Below the pieces are notes generated by a model. That model was not told the origin of the DNA, searched no databases, and saw only the letters and a list, made by a program, of their open reading frames with translations. From the IMG/VR virus record IMGVR_UViG_3300037313_000338: DNA of 20,000 nucleotides. One strand, given 5' to 3'. Shown piece after piece: positions 1 to 7,856 of this stretch (position 1 is the stretch's first letter; every line of letters begins with the position of its first letter). This DNA is from an uncultured virus (IMG/VR IMGVR_UViG_3300037313_000338). Lineage: Duplodnaviria; Heunggongvirae; Uroviricota; Caudoviricetes. The position numbers and the translations under genes are program-made.

Positions 1-2
1 AA

Positions 3-947
3 TTCAGCGGACAAGAGCCGAAGACGTTGCGCCCGATTGGTGAAATTCAGGCGGTCGGCACCCATTGGGTCGGTATTGTTACTAAAGAAGGTAAGAATAC
101 CAACATCGGTATCACGTGCCGCAACGTGAAACTCGATGGCACTGAAGACCCGCAAGGCGGTTGCGCGTTCTGTAAGATCGGCCACAAATCGAAGGTCAGT
201 TATTACGAGAATTTCATTGACACTGAAGAGGAAGAGAACCCGCCTCGTAACCTCGGCAAGCCTACTCCGGAAGAAAAGAAGGCCGGATTTAAGCTGAAGG
301 GTACGAAGCTATGGACGCCCGTTCGTGTCATGGTGTTCCCCGGTGGCGTCGCGCAAACGATGCAGGGAATTACTAAAAAGAATAAGGATAAGGAACAGAA
401 GGTTCGTGAGTTATCCGATCCTTCGTTCGGTCGTGCACTCGACGTTGCTAAGGATACCCGCAAGGGTACTGCCCCCGCTAATATGTGGAGCGTGCAGAAG
501 TCCGACAACATGATGCGCAAGCTGACTTCCGATCAGCGGGAATACTGGCTGTGGGATTTGTCTCTTCTTAAGAAGATGCTTCCTACCGCTAAGGAATCCG
601 AAGCGGAAATGAAGAAGCTTGTCGTTATTATGCAAGACGAAGAGTTCGACAAGATCGATCTGTCCGACTATCCGGAGTTATCAGCGAAGAGGAAAAAGGA
701 CGGCAAGAAAAAGTCTAAGTCGGGTTCATTCGAAGTGGATGACGACGAGGACGATATGCCGAAGAAAAAGCGTCGTGTCATTGATGACGATGATGACGAT
801 GACGATGATATCCCGCGTCGGTCGAAAAAGCGTTCGCGTGACGACGATAACGACGACGATGAGGATGAAGACGATCTGCCGAAGCGCAAAAAGAAAAGCA
901 CGAAGAAAAAGAAGGGCAAGTCCTTCAACGTCAGCGACGTGTTTTAA
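3..947 (+). CDS. T4 gp32-like Zn-binding single-stranded DNA-binding protein with a long charged tail (5'-truncated)
   Basis: The frame is open from the window edge (FSGQEPKTLRPIG...), so the true start is upstream. HW...C...CAFC resembles the gp32 His/Cys3 Zn site, and DPSFG resembles the gp32 DPxxG segment. The tail is D/E- and K-rich and ends in Phe. The gene lies directly before recA. Confidence 0.65.
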   Translation, partial: FSGQEPKTLRPIGEIQAVGTHWVGIVTKEGKNTNIGITCRNVKLDGTEDPQGGCAFCKIGHKSKVSYYENFIDTEEEENPPRNLGKPTPEEKKAGFKLKGTKLWTPVRVMVFPGGVAQTMQGITKKNKDKEQKVRELSDPSFGRALDVAKDTRKGTAPANMWSVQKSDNMMRKLTSDQREYWLWDLSLLKKMLPTAKESEAEMKKLVVIMQDEEFDKIDLSDYPELSAKRKKDGKKKSKSGSFEVDDDEDDMPKKKRRVIDDDDDDDDDIPRRSKKRSRDDDNDDDEDEDDLPKRKKKSTKKKKGKSFNVSDVF

Positions 948-952
948 TTATT

Positions 953-983
953 AGAAGGGCGGCGTAATAACCGCCCTTCTTTG
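953..983 (+). terminator. Probable intrinsic terminator
   Basis: 10-bp stem AGAAGGGCGG (953-962) / CCGCCCTTCT (971-980) with an 8-nt loop and a short T-rich end, just after the stop codon. Confidence 0.6.
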
Positions 984-997
984 CCCTCGGTAGGATC

Positions 998-2536
998 ATG
1001 GCTAAGAAATCGTCTCCCCCACCTAAAACCAAGACCAAGGTCAAAGCAGCCGACGTTTCGGCTGACAAGCCTTCTAAGAAGAGCACTGGTAAGAGCTTAG
1101 TCATTGTGCCTAGCGCACGAGACATGGCTGCGTACGGGTCTAGTGACCCTGCTACTGAAGCTTTTAATAGTCTATTGTCTGCGCAATTCGATACGCTAGA
1201 GAAAAAGTACGAAATGACCGGTGCAGCGACTCGTTCGCTGGACAAGATTTCTTCGGATTCCCTGGTGTGCGATCTAGTAACCGGCGGAGGTTTCACTCCT
1301 ACGGGTATTAACCAGCTAGCTGGTGGTGAAGGTAGTGCTAAGACCACTACGACTTTCCACACGCTAGGACGTGCCCTAAGCGACCGCTCGGCATCGATGA
1401 TTCACTTCAACGATCCTGAGAATACGTTCGATCAGGACTACGTTTCTAATATCTTCGGACCTAAGTTCGACGCGATGTTGCTAGAACGTCTGCGGTACGC
1501 TGACCAGAACATTCTGGAAAGCTACTTCGACTTCATCCGTGGCATTATCCGCACCTTGCCCGACAAGGTTTGGAACGATGACATTGGTTCGTTTGTCTAT
1601 CGCATTAATAACAAGGTTCCTGAGCAAGTTGCGCTTCGGGAAGTGGCACAATCGCGTGGGATCAAACCTGATCCTAAGCTGTCCAACAAGGAATTTACTA
1701 TCATTCCTTCGTTGACTTCTACGCCGCAAGCTCTGTTCATCCTCGACTCCATTCCCGCACTAATTACCGACAAGTCTGATGATCGCGAAAGCGACGAAGG
1801 CGGCGGTATGAGCGAGAAGGCGCGGGTGATGGCAGAAGTTCTGCCTAAGACGGCGGGACGTTTCCGCCGTAAGGGTGTTGTCGCCTTGTTTATTAACCAG
1901 CTTCGCGAGAAGCCGGGCGTCATGTACGGTTCGCCGATCTACGAACCCGGTGGTAACACACTGAAGTTCTACTCAGCGCAACGCACGTGGACTACTACTC
2001 GTGTTCCGCCGAACGATACCTTCAAAAAGGATAAGGAAGCGACGCAATTAAACGTCGAAGACAATCCGCTTGGTGGTAAGGATTACTATTCGTTCAAGGA
2101 ATACAAGAACGTTAAAAACAAGGCAGGTACTCCGTTCCTGCGCGGATGGTTCCGAGTTTGGACCGCCGACCCGGACGGCAACGGTCATGGCATCGATCCA
2201 GTGTTTGACCTTTGGGAATATCTGTCGATGACCGGTCAAGTCGAAGGCAAGCGAGTTAGCGCAAAAGGCTTCCGGCTGTTACTACCCGGCGCGTCTAAGA
2301 ACCTGGGTTCTGATGCTCCGCTGAATTGGCATACATTCAAGTTATTAGTGTTGGCCGAGAAGTATGGTGGTAAGTACCTGAAGGCTGCCAAGGAAGCTGG
2401 TTATTCCAAGCCTCCTAGGTTGCTGGAACTGGCATGGCAACAACGCGGCCCCAAAGCCTCGCAACTTCGTGCTGAACGTACGAAAGCCATTGCTGACGGC
2501 AGGGCCGAGAAAGACGAAATGAAAGAAGCCGCCTGA
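998..2536 (+). CDS. recA: RecA/UvsX recombinase, enlarged (512 aa)
   Basis: Walker A variant GGEGSAKT, Walker B LFILDS, RecA signature FINQLREKPGVMYGSPIYEPGGNTLKFYS, and VKNK. RBS AGGA lies just upstream. Confidence 0.93.
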   Translation: MAKKSSPPPKTKTKVKAADVSADKPSKKSTGKSLVIVPSARDMAAYGSSDPATEAFNSLLSAQFDTLEKKYEMTGAATRSLDKISSDSLVCDLVTGGGFTPTGINQLAGGEGSAKTTTTFHTLGRALSDRSASMIHFNDPENTFDQDYVSNIFGPKFDAMLLERLRYADQNILESYFDFIRGIIRTLPDKVWNDDIGSFVYRINNKVPEQVALREVAQSRGIKPDPKLSNKEFTIIPSLTSTPQALFILDSIPALITDKSDDRESDEGGGMSEKARVMAEVLPKTAGRFRRKGVVALFINQLREKPGVMYGSPIYEPGGNTLKFYSAQRTWTTTRVPPNDTFKKDKEATQLNVEDNPLGGKDYYSFKEYKNVKNKAGTPFLRGWFRVWTADPDGNGHGIDPVFDLWEYLSMTGQVEGKRVSAKGFRLLLPGASKNLGSDAPLNWHTFKLLVLAEKYGGKYLKAAKEAGYSKPPRLLELAWQQRGPKASQLRAERTKAIADGRAEKDEMKEAA

Positions 2537-2550
2537 CTTGGACCGGCGAA

Positions 2551-2609
2551 CTAATTTTCAACTGCTCCCGTAAGAGAGCTTCGAAGCATCGAGAAACGGA
2601 GGGCGGGAG
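2551..2609 (+). promoter_or_regulatory. Conserved intergenic element, copy A
   Basis: TAATTT...AAGAG...GAAGCATCGAGAAACGGAGGGCGG. Core 2583-2606 matches 12906-12929 at 20/24 nt. Confidence 0.6.
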
Positions 2610-2632
2610 TTAATAGCGAAATGCTCCCGCCC
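2601..2632 (+). other. Stem-loop just upstream of the RBS of the acidic protein gene
   Basis: GGGCGGGAG (2601-2609) pairs with CTCCCGCCC (2624-2632). There is no + strand U-tract. Confidence 0.55.
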
Positions 2633-2646
2633 ATTAAAAAGGATTA

Positions 2647-3120
<474 letters not shown>

Positions 3121-3128
3121 TTATTAGA

Positions 3129-3326
3129 ATGGATGATCAAGAATTTCTCATTCAGTTCTTCCATTACGAACATCTACCAATTGAGAAACAAGGGGTGTCA
3201 AAGCCCTTTGGTGAGTTAGCAAAACTCATTGTACAAACACTGCCACGTAACCCGGAACGTACGACGGCTCTTCGAAAGCTGTTGGAAGCTAAGGACTGTG
3301 CGGTGAGAGCTTCATTCGCCAAGTAG
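3129..3326 (+). CDS. Small helical-hairpin phage protein, possibly an Acb2/Tad1-like nucleotide-signal sponge
   Basis: FFHYEHLP...SKPFGELA...PRNPERTTALRKLLEAKDCAVRA is a pattern I recognise in phage proteins. The second helix resembles the Tad1-type E-x3-A-x2-KL-x-EA helix. Function is inferred. Confidence 0.5.
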   Translation: MDDQEFLIQFFHYEHLPIEKQGVSKPFGELAKLIVQTLPRNPERTTALRKLLEAKDCAVRASFAK

Positions 3327-3331
3327 AAGTT

Positions 3332-3364
3332 AGGCCCTAGTATTTCGGTACTAGGGCCTTTCTT
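3332..3364 (+). terminator. Intrinsic terminator with a UUCG loop
   Basis: AGGCCCTAGTA (3332-3342), loop tTTCGg, TACTAGGGCCT (3349-3359), then TTCTT. Confidence 0.8.
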
Positions 3365-3389
3365 ATGAAGTGCTACAGGATACGTTAGT

Positions 3390-5738
3390 ATGCCTATTTC
3401 GCTAAAAAAGCCATGGGGCGATTACATCTGCCCGACCGACAATTTTTATATGCTGCGCCCGGCAGGTATGGGCGGTAGCCCTAAGCGATACAAGCATAGG
3501 CTACTGGTCGTGTACGACCGCCCGTTCCACAACGATACGGAAGTGGGTGAACTTCACAGTTATAAAGCGGGCACAACCATGCTCGCGAATACACCCGAAT
3601 GGCGCAAGCCTACTATGCCTTCCGAGACCATTGACCGGTTACTTCATGTGGCTGGTTACGAGAAGTGGGATAAGGTTGCTGTCGGGTGGCAATTCCACGA
3701 CCTAGAAGACTTGACGGATGATTTAGTAGAACGCGCCTTCCAAGCATTTGACAAACGTCTGACGTACTACATCAAAAAGTTGGAACCTACCGCGATCCTA
3801 TTCATGGGAGACGCGCCGTTAGTAAACTACGCCAAACGCAAGGGTAAACGCGTGCCTGTTGGGCGCGTGTTTAAGTACAAGGGCGTTGACGCGATCTGGA
3901 CGGTTCCAGCGGCTCCGCTTTGCGTACCTGATCCTGGTACGTCTTCGTTATTAGGCCAAGCGATGGATCATGCTGACGCAGTGCGCGTTGGCAAGAACCG
4001 CTACACGGCCCGTAAGCTGGAGCAACCTACCGAAATAGTATACTGCGATACGCTGGATAAGGTTGAAGAGGCTGTTGAAGCCTGTCTTGCGTCACCGCAA
4101 TTCGCGTACGATACGGAAGGCGCAAACCTCAATCGTATCATCAACACGTTATTATCTGTCCAGTTGGCTCCCACTACCGACAAGGCGTACTTCATTCCTT
4201 GCGCGCACGTAGACAGCCCATTCGGCGGCAAGACACTAGACCAAGTTTACGCCAAGCTGCGACGACTGTTTCATACGTACACGGGTACGGTTATTACCGC
4301 GCACGGCAAGTACGATTTGATTATGGCACGCGTGCAACTGAAGGTACCGCATATGCGGTTCAAGTTGTACGACGTTGCGGCGGCTGAATACGCCATCGAC
4401 GAGAACCGGAAATACTACAGCGCAATTATTAGCGCACAGAAGGTTTATCTAAGCGTCGATGGTGAACGCAAGGCTGAGAAAGACCGCGACAAGCACAACA
4501 AGAACAAGTTGTCTGCGTGGGGTCTACAGCGCATCGAAGAGGACTACGGGATAAGCCGAGGCGAAGACATTCTCGGTAAGGACCAACGTACTAACATGTC
4601 GGCAGTGCCGTTGGAACAAATCGTCCCATACGGTATCCTTGACGTTGTGAACCTGTTATTAATCAAGGAACAGCAAGAACGTCTAGCTAAACGACGAGGG
4701 TTCCCCAACTTCCAAGGCTATGTTGAACACCTGGGGTTAATGACTCACGTGTTCGCGAGCATGGAGGTGCGCGGGTTGCCTACAGACGTGCCTGCGCTGA
4801 TTGCGCTACGCAAAGCAGACGGGCCGGTGCGTAAGGCCATTCGCGAAGCCAAAGCGATATTAATGGAAAGCGATGCTGCGAAGCACGCAAACGCCATGTT
4901 ATTGCGGCAGATCGGAGCACCAGCGAAAAGCCTATGGGGCAATCAGACAGCCTGGGTGTTCAATCCAGACAAAGACGAGAGCCAACAAACATTATTCTTC
5001 GGCGTGCTACACCTGAAAGGGTTTGGTATCACGGCGACGGGTAAGAAATCAGTAGGCAAGCAGTTCCTCAAAAATAATGCTGCACACCCTATCGTCGCGG
5101 CGTATGCCGATTACGTAGAAGCTAAGAAGTTCAAGACCGGATTCGTCGACAGCTTTGCCGCTATTATTTCGACCAATCCTGACGCTCGCGCCACACAACG
5201 CATTAGGTCCAGTTACGGCTTCCTGACTGTGTTGACCGGGCGAACGTCGTCTACGGACCCGAACCTTCAGAACCTTCCGGCTCACGGTAAGCTAGCCAAG
5301 CTTATTAAGAAGATTACGAAGGCCGTGTTCGGTTACGGGTTAATCAAACAAGACTTCGGCCAGAACGAAATCCGCGGCTACGCTATTATCTCCAAAGATA
5401 GTGCGTACGCGGCCAAATTCTGGAATAGTATCTTGATGCATAAAGCCTACCGCGTTGCAACTGATCCGGCGAAGATCGATGAGCTTCACAAGGAATGGGA
5501 CACGAAGGGTGACACGCACGTTCAGGCGGTGTGGGACTTCTTCAAGCAACGAGTTAATAAGAAACACGCGTTGAGGCAGGCGGTTAAGGCCGTCATCTTC
5601 GGCGTGCTGTACGGTAAATCGGCTAGGTCGCTAGCTTTGGAACTAGCGTTAGTGGAAATCAAACAGCTTCGCGAGGAACTTAAAGCTCTGCGCGCGGCTA
5701 ATGATAACCAAGACAACGAACGAAAGCGGGCAGCTTGA
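3390..5738 (+). CDS. polA: Family A DNA polymerase, N-terminal part: degenerate UDG-like domain, 3'-5' exonuclease, thumb, motifs A and B
   Basis: ExoI YDTEG, ExoII HGKYD, ExoIII YGILD. TGRTSSTDPNLQNLP, motif A DFGQNEIR (5352-5375), DTH, motif B RQAVKAVIFGVLYG (5574-5615). Motif C is absent. Confidence 0.93.
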   Translation: MPISLKKPWGDYICPTDNFYMLRPAGMGGSPKRYKHRLLVVYDRPFHNDTEVGELHSYKAGTTMLANTPEWRKPTMPSETIDRLLHVAGYEKWDKVAVGWQFHDLEDLTDDLVERAFQAFDKRLTYYIKKLEPTAILFMGDAPLVNYAKRKGKRVPVGRVFKYKGVDAIWTVPAAPLCVPDPGTSSLLGQAMDHADAVRVGKNRYTARKLEQPTEIVYCDTLDKVEEAVEACLASPQFAYDTEGANLNRIINTLLSVQLAPTTDKAYFIPCAHVDSPFGGKTLDQVYAKLRRLFHTYTGTVITAHGKYDLIMARVQLKVPHMRFKLYDVAAAEYAIDENRKYYSAIISAQKVYLSVDGERKAEKDRDKHNKNKLSAWGLQRIEEDYGISRGEDILGKDQRTNMSAVPLEQIVPYGILDVVNLLLIKEQQERLAKRRGFPNFQGYVEHLGLMTHVFASMEVRGLPTDVPALIALRKADGPVRKAIREAKAILMESDAAKHANAMLLRQIGAPAKSLWGNQTAWVFNPDKDESQQTLFFGVLHLKGFGITATGKKSVGKQFLKNNAAHPIVAAYADYVEAKKFKTGFVDSFAAIISTNPDARATQRIRSSYGFLTVLTGRTSSTDPNLQNLPAHGKLAKLIKKITKAVFGYGLIKQDFGQNEIRGYAIISKDSAYAAKFWNSILMHKAYRVATDPAKIDELHKEWDTKGDTHVQAVWDFFKQRVNKKHALRQAVKAVIFGVLYGKSARSLALELALVEIKQLREELKALRAANDNQDNERKRAA

Positions 5739-5781
5739 GTCCATAAATCCAGCTGCATAATGTTTCGGGTCATGTCAAGTG

Positions 5782-5815
5782 CGCCCTCAGTCCGCGTGTT
5801 GGCGGACTGAGGGCG
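5782..5815. other. Perfect 14-bp GC-rich inverted repeat without a U-tract
   Basis: CGCCCTCAGTCCGC (5782-5795), 6-nt loop, GCGGACTGAGGGCG (5802-5815). Confidence 0.85.
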
Positions 5816-5827
5816 ATGTGCTATATT
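5799..5827 (+). promoter_or_regulatory. Candidate sigma70-type promoter for the inserted cassette and the polA C-terminal gene
   Basis: TTGGCG-N17-TATATT with TG just upstream of the -10 (TGcTATATT). It also contains CTATAT, the -10 typical of rhizobial RpoD promoters. Confidence 0.45.
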
Positions 5828-5849
5828 AATCTCACTCGGGGAATGTCAG

Positions 5850-6041
5850 ATGGTTGAAATCATTAAACGCGGTACGCTCAAATACGAAAAGGTCTATGAG
5901 GCGACCTGTAGACAATGCACGACGGAATTCACTTTCAAGCGGCATGAAGCCGCAGAACTCTACGACCCACGTGAGGGAACTGCGTTAGGTATTAATTGTC
6001 CGCTTGCTGGTTGCAATAACGAAGTATGGGTGAACGCGTAA
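5850..6041 (+). CDS. Small Zn-ribbon protein
   Basis: CRQC...CPLAGC, RBS GGGGA, TAATG overlap with the next gene. Confidence 0.75.
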   Translation: MVEIIKRGTLKYEKVYEATCRQCTTEFTFKRHEAAELYDPREGTALGINCPLAGCNNEVWVNA

Positions 6042-6229
6042 TGGCTCGGTTGCTGCCTGTAGTTGATGGACGTGTGACGTACAGAGGGCGACCGCAGCTA
6101 GGTTCTGGTAAAGTTATTAGTATCAACGACAAATGGGTGAACGTCTTGTGGGACGTTAGATTGTCTGACACGCACCGGTACGCTCGCATCAACCACATCG
6201 ACGAACTAGAAGGTCTAGCCGATGACTGA
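6041..6229 (+). CDS. Small hypothetical protein, possibly an SH3/KOW-like beta-barrel
   Basis: ATG at 6041 overlaps the upstream TAA. Pattern GRVTY...GSGKVISI...VNVLWD. Confidence 0.65.
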   Translation: MARLLPVVDGRVTYRGRPQLGSGKVISINDKWVNVLWDVRLSDTHRYARINHIDELEGLADD

Positions 6230-6728
6230 CGATAGTAACAAGTCTGAACAGCCTTTGATCTTCAGCAGTGACATTGGGTTTACGACAACGAAAACTGCCG
6301 CTAGCGAAATTCGCGAGGCTTTGACTGACGTACTAACTCGTTGTGTGAAAGACGGCGTAGCTCCAGCACATATCGCTTATGATATCGAGCAAGCGTTTCT
6401 CATGCATTTCGGCGTGAATCTTACTAAAGTTGTCGAAGCCCAACGTGGCTTTGAACAACCTCCGGTGATGGGCGCGTCTGATATACTGGAAGCTGCTATA
6501 GCTGGAATACGGTTGCGGCTCGGTAAGAGACTTGGTTCTCATAGTGATTCAATCGTCGGTCCCGGCGTTGCGCCTAACTGTGGCTTCTCCGTTACGTCGC
6601 TTGACGATCCAGATGACTGGACGCGTTACGAACTGACGGTGAAAGAAAACAAACCCACCGAAAAATATAAAGAGTCCATCCGCCGTAGCGTGAACGCCAT
6701 TATGGAGAAAGCTTCCAGCAATGAGTAG
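6222..6728 (+). CDS. Hypothetical protein (168 aa)
   Basis: Overlaps both neighbours by 8 nt, RBS AAGG, no recognisable motif. Confidence 0.7.
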   Translation: MTDDSNKSEQPLIFSSDIGFTTTKTAASEIREALTDVLTRCVKDGVAPAHIAYDIEQAFLMHFGVNLTKVVEAQRGFEQPPVMGASDILEAAIAGIRLRLGKRLGSHSDSIVGPGVAPNCGFSVTSLDDPDDWTRYELTVKENKPTEKYKESIRRSVNAIMEKASSNE

Positions 6729-7605
6729 ACGCGAGCGGGAGATTACTAATCGTATCGACCTACTTGAGCGCGACCCACAAGGCGCTAAGCTACAAGAGGC
6801 CGAAGATACTATTAACAAGTTCTTTGAGAAATACCCCGATGGCGCACGATGGATCGAGGCGACGCACAAAAGCGGCAGAGAAGAGTTCTTTGCACCCAAT
6901 CTTTTTGGAGGCCGCCGCCACCTGTATGGTTATATTAGCGCTAACACTGGCGTCCACTCGGCGATGGATCGAAGAGGGCCAAACTCTCTCATCCAAGGTC
7001 CGCTCTCTCAAGTCGGATACGTCGCAGTCTACAGCCTCGAACAGTGGCTCGACGATCTCTCCAACGAAACCAACCTACCATTAATAGAACACATGGGTGT
7101 GTTCAACATGGTGCACGACTCACAGGAAATGGAAGCCCCTATCCTGTTGATGCCGTTAGCAAGTTACATGTTGGAGCACGCCTGTACGACACGGGTGGTG
7201 GAATACTTTAATAAATATCAAGTCGCTCAGAACTATAAGTTGTCGGTCCACGAAAAGTCCGGCAAACAAGTTGGCATTCCGCTGAACGTGGAATTCGAAG
7301 TCGACCAAGAAATCGGCCTGAACCTGGGCGAAACTAATAAGTACGACGGCCACCGCCGTTCAATGCTCTCCAGCATGTTGCCGATGGCTCGTTCCAAGCG
7401 AGAACGTAGGCAGTTAACCGCTAACATCGAATTAGTGATGGGCTTGCGGGAGAAAGAAATTCGCCGTGACCTGAAGTCATACAAAAATAGCAACGACAAC
7501 AAAGAAGCGTTGATACCGTCTACTCGTTGTTTACTAACGGCAAAGCACGTCTTAGAAATGTACTTGCCTGAGGAAGTGAAACCGAAAAAGCGGCATCAGG
7601 TGTAA
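6721..7605 (+). CDS. polA: Family A DNA polymerase, C-terminal part (distal fingers and palm motif C)
   Basis: EAEDTINKFFEKYP, NLFGGRRHL, RRGPNSLIQG and motif C NMVHDS (7111-7122) continue the PolA fold where the upstream gene stops. Confidence 0.92.
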   Translation: MSRREREITNRIDLLERDPQGAKLQEAEDTINKFFEKYPDGARWIEATHKSGREEFFAPNLFGGRRHLYGYISANTGVHSAMDRRGPNSLIQGPLSQVGYVAVYSLEQWLDDLSNETNLPLIEHMGVFNMVHDSQEMEAPILLMPLASYMLEHACTTRVVEYFNKYQVAQNYKLSVHEKSGKQVGIPLNVEFEVDQEIGLNLGETNKYDGHRRSMLSSMLPMARSKRERRQLTANIELVMGLREKEIRRDLKSYKNSNDNKEALIPSTRCLLTAKHVLEMYLPEEVKPKKRHQV

Positions 7606-7624
7606 ACGCACCTGGATAAAATAG

Positions 7625-7846
7625 ATGGGGCAAAATATGATTCGCAATCCGTTGTCAGAATTCGAGTACCCGTTAATGCATTTCGGTAATCTCGTAGTGG
7701 CGCGCAGTGGTTTGCACGTATGTCAAGCTTTCAACGAATCAATAGCGAAACAAATCTGTTCTGATCTTAATAAAGAACAAGAACTTCGCGTAGCAAGTGT
7801 AAGAGTCGGAAAAGGCAATCCTGCCGCCGCGTACAGTTTTTTATGA
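7625..7846 (+). CDS. Hypothetical protein
   Basis: ORF fills the gap in the + strand gene train. Confidence 0.6.
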   Translation: MGQNMIRNPLSEFEYPLMHFGNLVVARSGLHVCQAFNESIAKQICSDLNKEQELRVASVRVGKGNPAAAYSFL

Positions 7847-7856
7847 GGTTAGTAAG

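Noticed and set aside
619..954. Alternative-frame and antisense ORFs over the SSB tail
   Set aside because: Low-complexity shadows with no RBS or motif support.
2560..2600. Hammerhead ribozyme in the repeated element
   Set aside because: GAAA is present but the CUGANGA core is not.
6026..6143. 11-bp repeat ATGGGTGAACG in two adjacent small ORFs
   Set aside because: Only two short copies inside coding sequence, each encoding WVN. Plausibly chance.
5739..6720. Group I or II intron, or homing endonuclease insertion
   Set aside because: Only about 110 nt are non-coding. I could not see intron core elements, domain V, or endonuclease or RT motifs. A covariance-model search is needed to exclude this fully.
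5646..6800. Split intein rejoining the PolA halves
   Set aside because: No Cys/Ser-initiated intein N-block and no His-Asn followed by Cys/Ser/Thr. The extensions are too short and look helical.
3390..7605. polA pseudogene or simple frameshift
   Set aside because: Both parts are long and intact with catalytic motifs retained, and the gap holds well-formed coupled genes.
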